A DNA stretch of 64,000 nt from Lama guanicoe (Eukaryota): positions 420,867-484,866 of the forward strand of contig MU055016.1 in the NCBI GenBank assembly GCA_013239625.1, read 5' to 3'. Positions 1 through 11,130 of this stretch are shown here, piece after piece. A model generated the notes under the pieces. That model was not told the DNA's origin. It made no database searches and was given only the letters and a program-made list of their open reading frames with translations. Both the position numbers and the translations under genes were made by a program. Each line of letters opens with the position of its first letter. The stretch's first letter is position 1.

Positions 1-245
1 GTCCCTCCCTCTTGCATGAGGACCAGTCCCCACATAAGGGGACCAGCTTCTAAGTCAGAGCCAGCCCGCTCCTACAGCCCCTGCCCTCCCCACTGCTTGG
101 ACACTTCTCCTGCCCGTCTGAGGATTTCCGGTTTTGATCACTGGCTTAGGGACCATGGGGTGTGGGTTCTGCTCTTCCCAGTGTTGGGTGACGTCCTTTG
201 TGTAAAAGGCATCGGCATCGTCCCTAAACTCTCCTCTCTCTGCAG

Positions 246-2124
246 CAGCAGCAGCAGCTGAGGCGGCGGCACCACCTACCCAGCCTGAGGGCAGCCCCTT
301 GGCCCAGATCTCGGACCCCCTGGACCTGAGCTCTGAATCCGAGGCTGCTCCCAGGACCTGCTCCGGGTCTTCGGCACAGTCCCCCGCCTCCCCCTCCGGG
401 AGCAGCCTGTCCTGTCCCTCTCTCCAGGAGTTTCAGAAGGCATCCGCCATCCTGGTCCAGCTTTCTGAGAGCTCCGTCTCCCTGTCGGACTGGGAAGCAG
501 GGGACACTCGGGACGCAGACTTCGGCTAGTCTGGGGGTTTCTCCGCTCCAGACTCCTGGGGGTTCCACCAGGGCGGAGGGCAGTGACCTGGGAGGGACTG
601 GAGGGCAGCAGGGCCCATTCTGAGCGCGGCTCCTGCACTGTGGCCAGTAGCGCAGTGCCAGTAGGCCTCCTGAGGGCGGGCTGGCTGCTGCCTTTCCTCC
701 ATGTCCCCTCTCCAAGGTCAGGGTCACAGCTGTCAGAGGCATCCAGAGAAGTCTGGGACCTGGAGAGCCTGCGGGAACCTGGCCCTGGTGTGGAGCCAGT
801 TCCGGGGCACTCCTCCCTTGCAGGGGGCTCGTCCAGCCCGGAACCCAGTCTCCACCCAGCTCCCTCCTTGGGCCCTGGGGAGGGGCAGGAAGATTCTGGA
901 ACCAATAGGAGCCTGACCAGTGGATCAAACACAGGAAAAACCAAACGGAAATTCCCAGAGGCTGCCTGCACTGTACTCCCACCCCAAACCTCTTCCTCTG
1001 GTGACTTATGCTCATCTCTTTCCTTTCCCTCGGGGACCTCAGCCTCCGAAGGGGGGGATTTTGGCAGAGGAAGAGAGACTGGGCCTCCACAGGTCTTGGC
1101 TGGCCATCCAGAGGAGCCCTGGGGTGCTGACCCGAGTCCATCTGCTGACAGGAAACCCCTAGAGGCCTGACCCCAGGAGCCCACAGGCTCCTCCTGGGGA
1201 CCCCAGCGGGCTGGCAGCCCCAAGAGCCGAGAGCCAGGCACCTGGGTTTGTGGGGAGCAGAGCCCCCACTGCCCTGGAGGAAGTCTGCCCTCCCCTGGCT
1301 GGTGGGGTCTTGCCAGAGGTCCTGTCCCCCATTGATGAGATGCTGTCCTATGGTAGTGCCGCCCTCCCGTCCTCCACCCACAGGGACACCCACCTCCCTC
1401 CTCCGCCTCCCAACGTCCTAGCGGAGTGTGAGGCCGACCCTGCCCGTCCCCACTCAGAAGGCTTCCCTTCCCTGCCTGAAGACACCTGGTCTCCTGGGGG
1501 CGCACTGGGTGCCCCAGGGGAAGACGCCTCCATCCTCACCGGAGAGTTGCCTTCCTTGTCTGAGGAGGGACTGCCTGCGGCACTGTCCCCAGGGCCCCAG
1601 GAGTCAGGGCTCTGCCTGGGGGTGGCCGGACAGGGCAGAAACTGTGGGGATGAACTGGGAGAATCAAGTTCTATTGGGGGTCACCAGGCCATGGGTGGCC
1701 AGTGGGCTGAACCAGTTGGCTGGCTAGGGTCCCCTTTGTGTGGGGGAGCAGGTGATACCCCAGTGGAGCTCCCAAGGCTCACAGTGCAGCCCCCAACCCT
1801 GTCCAGCGTGGGCTGTGTGACTGGGGAGAGTCTGCCAAGCTACTGGCAGCTGGCGACACAGTGCTGTGTGGCTCCAGGCTGGGGCACCCAGCCCCTACTT
1901 TGGGCTCAGGCCCCTGCACTGACACCCCTGGTATGGAGAGAGCCGAGGTGTTAGATTTGGTCTCTACCCAGCTCACCAGAAGGATCCTGTGCGACACACT
2001 AGCTGTGCTCTCAGAACCAGCCCCTCCAGGCAGCCTGGGGACAGAGGAGCCGGGGGGTGCCAGCCGTGTCGCCCAGTCTCACTCAGCGGCCACTGGGCAG
2101 TCGTGGGGAAGATGGGACTTCTGA
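246..2124 (+). pseudogene. CCDC187: Probable terminal coding exon of CCDC187 (coiled-coil domain-containing 187), disrupted by one in-frame stop and three frameshifts
   Basis: Pyrimidine tract and CAG acceptor ending at 245. Four consecutive ORF pieces in alternating frames carry motifs I recognise as CCDC187 C-terminal: SCPSLQEFQKASAILVQLSESSVSLSDWE; SPRSGSQLSEASREVWD; EVLSPIDEMLSYGSA; VLDLVSTQLTRRILCDTLAVLS. Position directly upstream of QSOX2 on the same strand matches known synteny. Confidence 0.68.
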
Positions 2125-3834
2125 GAAGACGAAGGAAGGACTGCGGTGACACACAGACACCTATGATACCGTCATGTGATTGTGCAAGAGCGTGTGTGCG
2201 CGTGTGAGCATGCAAGAGGCTTCAGGAAGCCTGGACCTGCCCCATGCTGGGCTGCCGCACGGAGGAGTCCCCTGGGAGCGGGCACCTGACGCAGGGCCAA
2301 GAACTGGACGTCAACTGCGGATTGCCTCTGTCTGCATTTCTCTGGACGTTGGGTCCACTGCTTCTCTCAGGCTCCTGAGGAGCCCCCGGAGGCCCTGACC
2401 CAAAGAGATTAAGGTGAGAGGATGTGCGGGGCGCGTGCAGAGCTGGCTGGTCAGGAGGAGGAGCGGAGGCCACGGACTTGAGGGAGTCAGTCCCGAGCAG
2501 CCAGGACCGGGAGCAGCTCCTGGGGTGAACTCGGAGACCACGTGCCAGGAAGGGGTGCCGTGGGCCTCAGCACAGGCCAAGAGGAAAAGAGAGAGCGGCT
2601 TGCTGGGGGTGGTGAGGCCAGGAGCTGAGGCTGGGCGTCACATCTGCACTGTCGCCGCTCAGCTTTGACTAATTAGGATATCATCTGCCCCCACTTCTTA
2701 CTTCTAAAGGCAGGGTCCTGGGTGCCTTCACGTGTCCAGCCGACTGCTTGTGGCTGGGAGATAGGCGTGTGTGTCCCCCGTGGGCCCAGTTGTGCAGATT
2801 AGGGGAGGTGGCAGCTCAGGGGCAGAAGGTCACTTTGCCTCAGCCAGCCATCCCTCCAGCCTGTCCTCTGGGGGTGGGTGGGCCACAGCTTCCCTGTATG
2901 TGTTCAGGTCCCCTCCCAGAAGAAATGAGAGCCCACTTCCTGGTGGGCCATCCACTAGTGAAGGAGCCCTTCACGACACAGCAAGGGCCACAGCCCCTGC
3001 ACCATGCACTTCTGCAGGGGCGACCAGAGGGCCACACAGGCCTCCAGGTGTCCCATTACGTGAGCGCCTGCTTCTCTCAGAACCGAAGCCAGGCGGGGGT
3101 CCAGGAAGTCAGTGCCGATTCAAGCGTAAAGAGGACTTCCCGTGAGACGTGAGGATGAAGTGAGGCTGCCAGGTGCAGGCCCTTGGGGATGGGGACTCAG
3201 CAGGCTGGGCAGGGTGGCCCTGGGGCCAGCTCAGTGTAAACTGGGACAGCTGACCTTCGAGGGCCTGAAGGACAGGGCACTGCAACAGTGACCTCTACCC
3301 ACAGCAGCCACCCTGCAAGCCAAAATGGGCTCTGACTGGGTCCCTGCAGCCCACCCTTCCCCCAGAGCAGCCCTGCAGCCACAGCCACCACCCTGGGAGA
3401 GCACAGACTCGGATGGCGGCAGGCCCCCGTGTCCAGTCTGCCTGCTCCCAAGCTCTGTCTGAGCCCCGTCTTCCCCAGGATGGTCAGAAAGCTGGGCGGC
3501 GTGTGTGTGTTGGTTTCAATACGAGAGCACGTCTGAGCTCGTGCTCCAGGGCACCCACTAGACACTGTTGCGGCGTCTTCTCAATGTACTTGCTTTGCAC
3601 AGCAGACGTCTCCAGATTGGGGTAGGGTATGTGTATGTGTCACTGCGATACTTTCAATATTTTTGTCCTGCACTTGGAGAAGTAGCTTTTAAATGAGGGC
3701 AACACTCAGTTCTTTTATAAAGAGAAGCAACTTTCAAATCTGCTTCTAATGTGGCTAGGATTTCTTGAGACGGGGCTCACTTATACTGTGCTTGGATCTC
3801 TCAGAAATTCCTTTCCAAATCCCACAGTCCTACT

Positions 3835-4005
3835 TACCTATCTATCGTCTGTTTAGTCCTCTCTCATCCATCTGTAGCATCTGTTTATCATTTAGATCAT
3901 CTATCAATCATCTGTCTACATCAACTGTCTATAATCCATCCACCCATCCATCTATCCATCCACCCACCCATCCATCCATCCATCCATCCATCCACCCATC
4001 CATCT
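3835..4005. repeat. (TCTA)n/(CCAT)n degenerate tetranucleotide simple repeat
   Basis: Runs of tatc/catc/ccat/ccac units, e.g. ccatccatccatccatccatcc at about 3968-3992. Confidence 0.9.
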
Positions 4006-6772
4006 CCAATTCCCTCTCAAATTGGAAAATACCTGCTTGACATGTTGTCCAGAATTGAATGAACAGACTGTTGGCCTTAGAAGGTCGGTGACCTGGTGCT
4101 GATCCCTCCGGGACTCAGCTTCTTCAGCTTTAAGAGAGGAACTCTTCATTTAACTACATTTATGGACCCTTAGGGACACCCAGATTTTCAAACAATTGTC
4201 ATTTAGAGTGGGAGGCATCTCTAGAGTTGTTCTGGCAAAGCCCCATGGTGCTACCTGTGCCCCATACCCTTTGGCTCTGGTAAGGGACCCCTCAGACCCC
4301 TCAGAACACTGCAGAGCCCCACATGCAGGCAGGAGCCCCCTCTGCCAACCTTCACCAGACTCCAGCCTCTGGGGCAGTCGCTCAGGTCCACGTGGACCTG
4401 CTCACCAGCCTGGCCTCCATCACACCCCAACTAATTGTGAACAGGGTCACGGTTCAGGGAAGCACCAGCTGAGACAATTCAAATTGATTTTACACCTGAT
4501 ATTTCCGAACCCAGCTCAGACTGCAAAGAGGTGTGACTCTGTGGGGGAAGACGTGTTCCTTCCCCATGTACACAATTTCAAGACAAATTTTGAGCTACAG
4601 TTTTCTTATTGATTTCCTCCTGGATTTCTGAACAAATTAGTCTGCAATTTTTTATTTTTTTCCTACTTATTGCTGCCCCCTTGGGATTTATGAGGCCGTG
4701 GGAGAGGAATTATGTGTTTTACACACACGCGTTTGGCATGGTAATAAATCTCCCACGTCGAAACCCTGCAGATTTGCCGCAGATCCTATGGTGTCCAGGC
4801 TGGTGCTTGCTGGGGGTGGATGCCAGTGGCTCTGCGTAACGTGCAGCTGCACCTGAGGCCAGGACCAGGGCCTCCCCGGGTGAACTTCCCCGGTGCCCAG
4901 CATGCCACGGTGTCCCTGGAATTGTTTCTTGGCCTGTGGCCCCTCGCCCCTGAAGGGAGGCTGGTCAGGAGAACTAATGGAAAACCTGGCCTCACCTCTT
5001 GTGACAGTTGGATCTGAGGGAGCCTGGGGCTATGAGATGGCCCGAGGAGGCAGAGTGTGTCCCCGGAGGTGCTGGACACGTTTCATCTCAGCCAGCATCA
5101 CGTGCGTGGAGCTGAGGGCTTTGGCATTCAGATATATTGACCTGGGGCAAGACTTCAATTTCAAGATTACTCCCTCCAAGGTCTCCCCGCGCTTGCCTTG
5201 GCTCCAATCCCTGTAACCTCTTGGGCCAATAAATCTTGATACCAGCCTCCAGAGAAGTCATTATCTTTCATAGAAAATGATTATTTCTTGGTTAAACCCC
5301 ACGTCGAGTTTTCCTGTGATCTGTCTCCTTCGGGTTCCCTGCTTAGCTGTTCCCTCCGGCATAAAATGCCCACAAACCCACCTCCAGCGTGTTAAATCCC
5401 AAACCATCAGACGAGCTTTATGAGATCTTTTGGTGCCTTACCCTGCGCGGCTGTAACAGTCACTCTACAAAATAGAAATGAAGGCCGCGGGAGCGGTGGG
5501 GGCAGGGTGTGGGGGGTGGCGGCCGCAGCCACCCCAGAACCACAGCAGCATCCTTTCAGATGGTACCCTCTTGTGCCATGCCCGAGGCGTCTGGCCTCTG
5601 TGAGGCAGGTGGTGAGTAAACGCGCTGGCCTTCCAGGTGGAGCTGGGGCCCCGCTGGGTCAGGGTCGCCTGCAGCAGGGACAAGGCTGTCCAGTGAGGGC
5701 CCAAACAAAACCGGCTCAGGGAGTCCGGTTCCACGCTGGCTCCCCAGGCAGCATCCAGGCCCCAGCAGGTCTGCAAGTTCCACATCTGTTCCCCAGTCCC
5801 TTGGCCTATCTGGTCAACCTGTGCCAGCCCTCAAACGCCAAACTGCTTCTCTGCATTTGTCCCTTAACCCATGTCTCCTTTGCGCTAAGCAAAGGCTCCT
5901 CTCTAATGCCCTGTGAGCGCAGCTGGGAGCAGGAGTGGGGTTTGCAAATCTGGACTGCAGGCTGGGGAGAAGGACAGAATCTCACACACACACGCACACC
6001 CCACATCCCTGGCCCTGCCTCGGGGGCTCCTTGGGCCCCACCCCTGCCTGTCACTCACCTGTAGGGGCCTTTCCCTCGGCCATGTCCATCCAGGTTGTAA
6101 AGATGCTAGTAGCCCACATCCCAAGTCCCGCTCTACCCCTTACTGGGAGTGCAGCCTGGACGCCCGTCCCTCCGTATCTATAGTCACTGCCCTCCTCACA
6201 GTGACACTGTGAGGACACAGAGGATTGTCCCCGCCAGGCTCCGACCTCAGCACGTGGCAAGCACTCAGGAATAATCCTCCTTGTAAGTTTTCCATGGAAC
6301 GGCTGGTGTCCTGAACCAGCTGAGCCTGAACATCAAATGCTGGCTGAATGGGTGTGACATGGAAGGCAGGGCCGGTTCTGGGGCCAGGCTGCAGTGGGAG
6401 TTCATCTGCCCCATGGGAGGGAGTCTCAGAGAAGGGACAGCTGGCCCTGCCCTCCAGGGCTCACGTCCATCCAGCCGAATACCAGCTGCCATGACTGGGA
6501 CGGCAGGAGACTCCGAGCTGGGAGGGGGGTTCTGCTTCTGTCCGGGACTCAGGCGTCAGAACAGGCCCTCCTCGGTGTTGAGGGCACCTGGGTTTGCCGT
6601 TCCTCTGTCACAAAGGTGCCATGTTCCCTTGACCATGGTACTAGGCCCTTGGCCCTTGGCCCGCTGAGCCTCAGTTTCCCCTCGATAAAACAGGAACACC
6701 AAGACTTCAATTCATCAGCGCTAAGGTGCACATCTTCCTGACGTTTTAATCCCTTTGAAATCAGCGTCCATC

Positions 6773-6862
6773 TTTCTTTTTTTTAAGTGGAGGTTCTGGG
6801 GATTGAACTCAGGACCTTGTGCACGCTAAGCACGCGCTCTACCACTGACCTGTACCCTCCCT
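6773..6862 (-). mobile_element. tRNA-Ala-derived SINE (camelid Vic-1-like)
   Basis: Reverse complement reads GGGAGGGTACAGGTCAGTGGTAGAGCGCGTGCTTAGCGTGCACAAGGTCCTGAGTTCAATCCCCAGAACCTCC plus an A-rich tail, with pol III A and B boxes. Confidence 0.85.
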
Positions 6863-7464
6863 CCGTCCCCCACCAAAACGGAGTGCGTCTTTCTATCTGA
6901 GAATTACCTGTGCTACAAGCCTTCCTCCTACCACACGCACACGGGCAGTTTTTCTTACAATTGCCTGCTGTGTCTTAGCACCAGAAGTGCAAAAGCCTCT
7001 CCCGCGGGGAGGAGGACCAGCTTTGAGAAGGGTGCCAGGGTGGGAACCCCGAGCTTCAAGCAGGGAAGCAGGGCCTGGCATGGACACATGGAAGCTTTCA
7101 CTATTCTGAGACTTCCCCTGCCCCCGGCTGCCCCACCCCGCCTGGTTTTAATGTTTCTGCATTTGGCTGCATTTTACAATTGATGCGTGCTTTTCCTAAA
7201 AGTTCTGGGCTGTGGGGCCAACAGCACTTCGGCTTTGAGAAACTTTGGCATTGTTTTTTGGGTGCAGCCTCTCAGTGCTGGGCTGAGCCAGCACATACTT
7301 CCATTGGCTGCCCCAGAGAGCAGGAGTCCCAGAGACCTCCCCTCCAACCCCCTCGGTGCCTGGAAGGGGAACACAGAAGCCCTAAGGGAAGAGCTGTGAG
7401 TGACAGTGGGACTTGAACCTGGGCTGGGGAAGGGGCACAGTCCTTTCAAGTGGCTCTGGGTGTT

Positions 7465-7853
7465 TGCTAAGGCCTGAGCTGTGTTCCCCAAGAATCCATA
7501 CGTTGAAGGCCTCACCTCCAATAGGACAGTGTTAGGAGGTACCTTTGGGAGGTGATCCAGGTTTGATGAGATCATGAGGGTGGGGCCCCCACGATGGGGT
7601 CAACGACCTTGTGAGAAGAGACACCAAGGGCTCCCGCTCCCTCTCTCCACACGCACGCACAGAGGTGGGTGAGCAGAGGGCAGGAAGGCAGCTGGCCGCC
7701 TGCAAGCCAGGAAGCGAGTCCTCCCCAGAACCTGGCCATGCCCGCCCCTGGTCTTGGACGTCCAGCCTCGGGAGTGTGAGAAATAAATACACGTCTGTTG
7801 TTTAAGCCACCCAGTCTGTGGTGTCTTGCTGGGGTGGCCCGAGCAGACTAAGA
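7465..7853 (+). mobile_element. MaLR (MLT1A-like) solo LTR
   Basis: Characteristic MLT1 blocks: 'gatcatgagggtggggccccc..atggg', 'ctgcaagccaggaag', and the 3' end 'gagaaataaat...gttgtttaagccacccagtctgtggt...gcagactaaga'. Boundaries approximate. Confidence 0.85.
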
Positions 7854-8704
7854 TGGTGTTCGAAAGCTAAGTCCCCCCGGAAGGGTCAAGGCGGTGCGTG
7901 ATGTGGCCAAGAACCCTTCCTGGCGGCCCGGCCTTGACCGGCTCTGCCAACCGCGTGCCCCAATTCTGCCTGCTCAACAATCATCACCAGGCTTTGTGGC
8001 CATGCCCCCCAGGCTGAAGCCTAGGGCCAGTGTTTTGGGGGGCCAGGGAGAGACGAGTCCAGGCTCGACCTCGAGGGCACCCAGCCTGGCAGGAGGCACC
8101 AGGAAGCACAGAGCCTGAGGGCTCTGCAGGGCTGGCTGGAGGCAGGGGCCCCACAGCGGAGAGAGACCAAGAGAGGCCACGCTGGGCAGGTGAGGGGCAA
8201 AGGGACCCTTCTCTGTCCATCACCACTTTCAGGCTGGGGTGCTGCCCAGGCAGCTGGATCTCATCTTCCCTCCTTGTCCATGCATCCCGAGCACTGCCCC
8301 GGCCCTCTCCATCCTGACCCGCAGTCCCCACCTCATCTCTTCGCTCCCCTTTTAGCAGAACTGGGAAGCATCACCAGCCCCTGGGCCTCTTCCCTCTCTC
8401 CTCATTCTTTCTGCAAACACTTCTGGTCACCCTTTGTCCCCTGCATCTACTCAGAGCGCCGTAGTCGAGCCACCAGTGAGCCACCCCTCCAGACCCAATC
8501 CATTAGGTCTGTTCTCACCCATGTCTCTCAGATCTCCATTCTCATATGTCCGTCTGCCTCCTCCCACTGTCCTCCCACCTCCCTGCGGCTCCTTCTGGTC
8601 CCCTCCCCTCCTCAGCCCTGCAGCTGCAGCCCAGGGCTCAGCGTGTGGCCAGCCCCCTCCTGTCCTTGCAGCCGTGGGGACCTCAACCAGCCCTGGCCTA
8701 CGCT

Positions 8705-9545
8705 CTGAGCTCCAGACTGACATAGCCAACCAGTGGCCTGACACCAACTGCAGATGTTGGAAAGGTCTCTCAAATTTGAATTCACAGGTCCAAGCCAACT
8801 CTGATCTCCACCCTCACCCCTAGGTTGCTCTTCCGCCCCCTCCTCTGCAGTCTCCCATCTCAGCCAGGAGAGCTTCATTCTTCCAGTTGATCTGGCCAGA
8901 CCCCTGCAGGCAGACATGATCTCTCTGTCGCACACCCTGGATTTGAGCCATCCTGTGCCCTACCTGAAGTCTGACCTTTCTCATTAGCATTGCCACCCAT
9001 CTCTCGCCTGAGTCCCATCATCTCTTGGAAGGCTGCCAAGGCCCCTTAAGGGTCTCCTGCTTCCCTTCCCACCCCTTCTGCCTGCCAGAACCACAGCCCT
9101 GCTCAAAATCTTCCTGTGGCCACCACCACTTTGGGAGCCGGGGCCCTCCTCTGCAGCCAGGCCAGTGAGGCCCTGCACACAGTCTTGCTCTGGGCTGCTT
9201 CTTTAGCTCCCCCTCTCCCCTTGGCTTGCTGTGCTCAAGCCACACCAGCCTCCTTGCTGTCCTTCCAACAAGCTCGCCCTCTTCTGCCTCAGGGCCTTTG
9301 CACATGCAGGTGCTCTCTCATCTCCTTCACCCCAAGGTCTCCTTCTCAGAGAGACCTTCCGAATCCCCTGTGAATCAAAGCCCCCTCCCTCCTGCCCTGC
9401 TCTACTGTTTTTTATAGCACTTATTGCCACTTTGTTTTGGGTCTCCCTCCCAGAACGCAGACCCAGTTCTGGGATTTCATTTTGGCTTTGTCTCTAGAGA
9501 CTGGCACGGAGCAGAGTCCCAGCAAATGTTAGTGAAGGAAGGCAG
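8705..9545 (+). mobile_element. LINE-2 (L2) 3' fragment
   Basis: L2-like segments 'ctccagactgacatagccaac', 'ctgcctcagggcctttgcacatgc' and the terminal 'ctggcacggagcagagtcccagcaaatgttagtgaa'. Boundaries approximate. Confidence 0.75.
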
Positions 9546-10138
9546 GAACAGCGAATGGAGAGAGGACACAGGTGCCTCGTTCAGGGGCCCTTTGGTTTCC
9601 ATCATCTTAGCCAGCATTTTCAAACCTTTCTCAGCAACAAAAACAACAAAACCTTTTTTTCAAACAAAATCTTACACAGAACCCCACAAGGTAAAGAGCA
9701 GAGAGGTGATTGCATGGGTACAAATTCAGTTTGTGTTTGAATCCTATCACTTACTTATTTAGCACTTAATCACCCATAAGAGCGAGGTGGCCTGGAACAG
9801 GAGAATTTGAATTTCTAGGCAAATGGATGACAGATGCTGACTCATGTCCGCTTCGTGGACCACTTCCTTTCTTTTTTGCTTTGGTCACAAAGTTCAGAGA
9901 AAATCTTGATGTGCATAACAATTAGGAATAGCGATTAATAAAACAAGGTCTCCTGTTAAATTAAGCAAACAACTCATAGGAAGCTTTATATCCTAGGTTT
10001 GCAGAGCAATCAGCCTTGACTTCGAAAGTTGAGCTCTAGAACACATCTCAGTTTGCTTGGATGTTTTCCTACATTTTCTACGAGTTTAAGTCTCATATTA
10101 AAGTCAAGGTCAGGGTTGCAGCCCTCTGAAGCCCCACG

Positions 10139-10329
10139 TAGAGTTGCCAGCTTAAACAGTAAAATGTGAATTTCACTTAAACAGTGAATCGTTTTTCACG
10201 TCTATGTCCCGTTAAATTTGCATTTCAAGTACGGGACATACTTAGACGTAAAAAATGACTCACTGCTTATCTGAAATTCACATTTAACTGGGCACCGTGA
10301 ACTTACATTTGCTAAATCTGGCGTCCCTA
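10139..10329. mobile_element. MER53-like palindromic hAT MITE
   Basis: Terminal inverted repeats tagagttgccag / ctggcgtcccta. Perfect internal inverted arms aaatgtgaatttca (10162-10175) / tgaaattcacattt (10272-10285) and tatgtcccgt (10203-10212) / acgggacata (10231-10240). Confidence 0.85.
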
Positions 10330-10349
10330 CCCCATGCTCGGGTTGGGGG

Positions 10350-11130
10350 GTCGGGGGATGCCTACGGAGGCGGTGAAGCGGGTGGGGTGGGGGAATGGCC
10401 CTGGAGGGGCGGGGCCGAGAGGTGGGACCAGGCGCTCGGGGCGGGGCGAGGCGAGACTGGGAGCTCAGGGGCGGGGCTATAGGCGGGACCAGGCGCTTGG
10501 GGCGGGGCGAGGAGCTTGGGGTCCGGGACCCGAGGGGCGCCTGGGAGGCCGGGCCGTCACGTGGGCGGGGCTGGGGGCGGGGCCTGATCCTCGGCGGCGG
10601 GGGCGGGGCCGGGTGCGCTCAGCGCACGTGACGGCTGTTGCCAGGGTGAAAGGTCAGGCGCGGCGCGGCACTCCCAACATGGCGGCGACCGGGACGGCGG
10701 CCTTGACGGCGCACAGCCCCGGAGCCCTGGCGGGGACGGCAGCCCGAGTCCGGCGATCCTGCTGCTGCGGCGGCGGCCGGGCCGGGCGCGGGCGGCGCGG
10801 CGCGGCTGTACCGCGCGGGCGAGGACGCCGTGTGGGTGCTGGACAGCGGCAGCGTGCGCGGGGCCACGGCCAACAGCTCGGCCGCGTGGCTCGTCCAGTT
10901 CTACTCCTCGTGGTGCGGCCATTGCATCGGCTACGCGCCCACCTGGCGGGCCCTGGCCGGGGACGTGCGAGGTGAGGCGCGCCCCCGCGTGGGTCTCGAC
11001 CCGGGCCGCGTGGCCTGGCTCCTGCGACTCCCGGATTCTTTCCTCTGGCTCGCGGCAGACTCTCAGGCCCTTTCCCCTCGCCCTACGGAGGAACCCCGTT
11101 TCCGCCCCTGGCCTGCACCGCGGGGTTCCC
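10350..11130 (+). promoter_or_regulatory. QSOX2: QSOX2 CpG-island promoter with clustered GC boxes, two CACGTG E-boxes and a YY1-like start context
   Basis: Very high CpG density. At least five GGGGCGGGGC boxes in 10406-10610. CACGTG at 10558-10563 and 10625-10630. CAACATGGCGGC spans the ATG at 10679. Confidence 0.85.
10679..10971 (+). CDS. QSOX2: QSOX2 exon 1 (N-terminus and Trx1 CGHC active site); frame break near 10759-10768
   Basis: ATG frame gives [28 protein letters not shown] different frame gives [68 protein letters not shown]. Donor G|GTGAGG. Confidence 0.93.

Noticed and set aside
224-1505. Two long minus-strand ORFs (389 and 409 aa)
   Set aside because: They are antisense to the CCDC187-like exon in GC-rich DNA, have low-complexity G/P/R composition, and show no domain, promoter or splice support.
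6773-6862. tRNA-Ala gene (also at 28228 and 47133)
   Set aside because: A-rich tails, a TSD on one copy and degenerate stems show these are SINEs, not functional tRNAs.
10334-10975. 213-aa + strand ORF through the QSOX2 promoter and ATG
   Set aside because: It begins in the GC-box promoter and after RRS reads out of frame as an Arg/Gly-rich string. It is a by-product of the exon-1 frameshift, not a separate gene.
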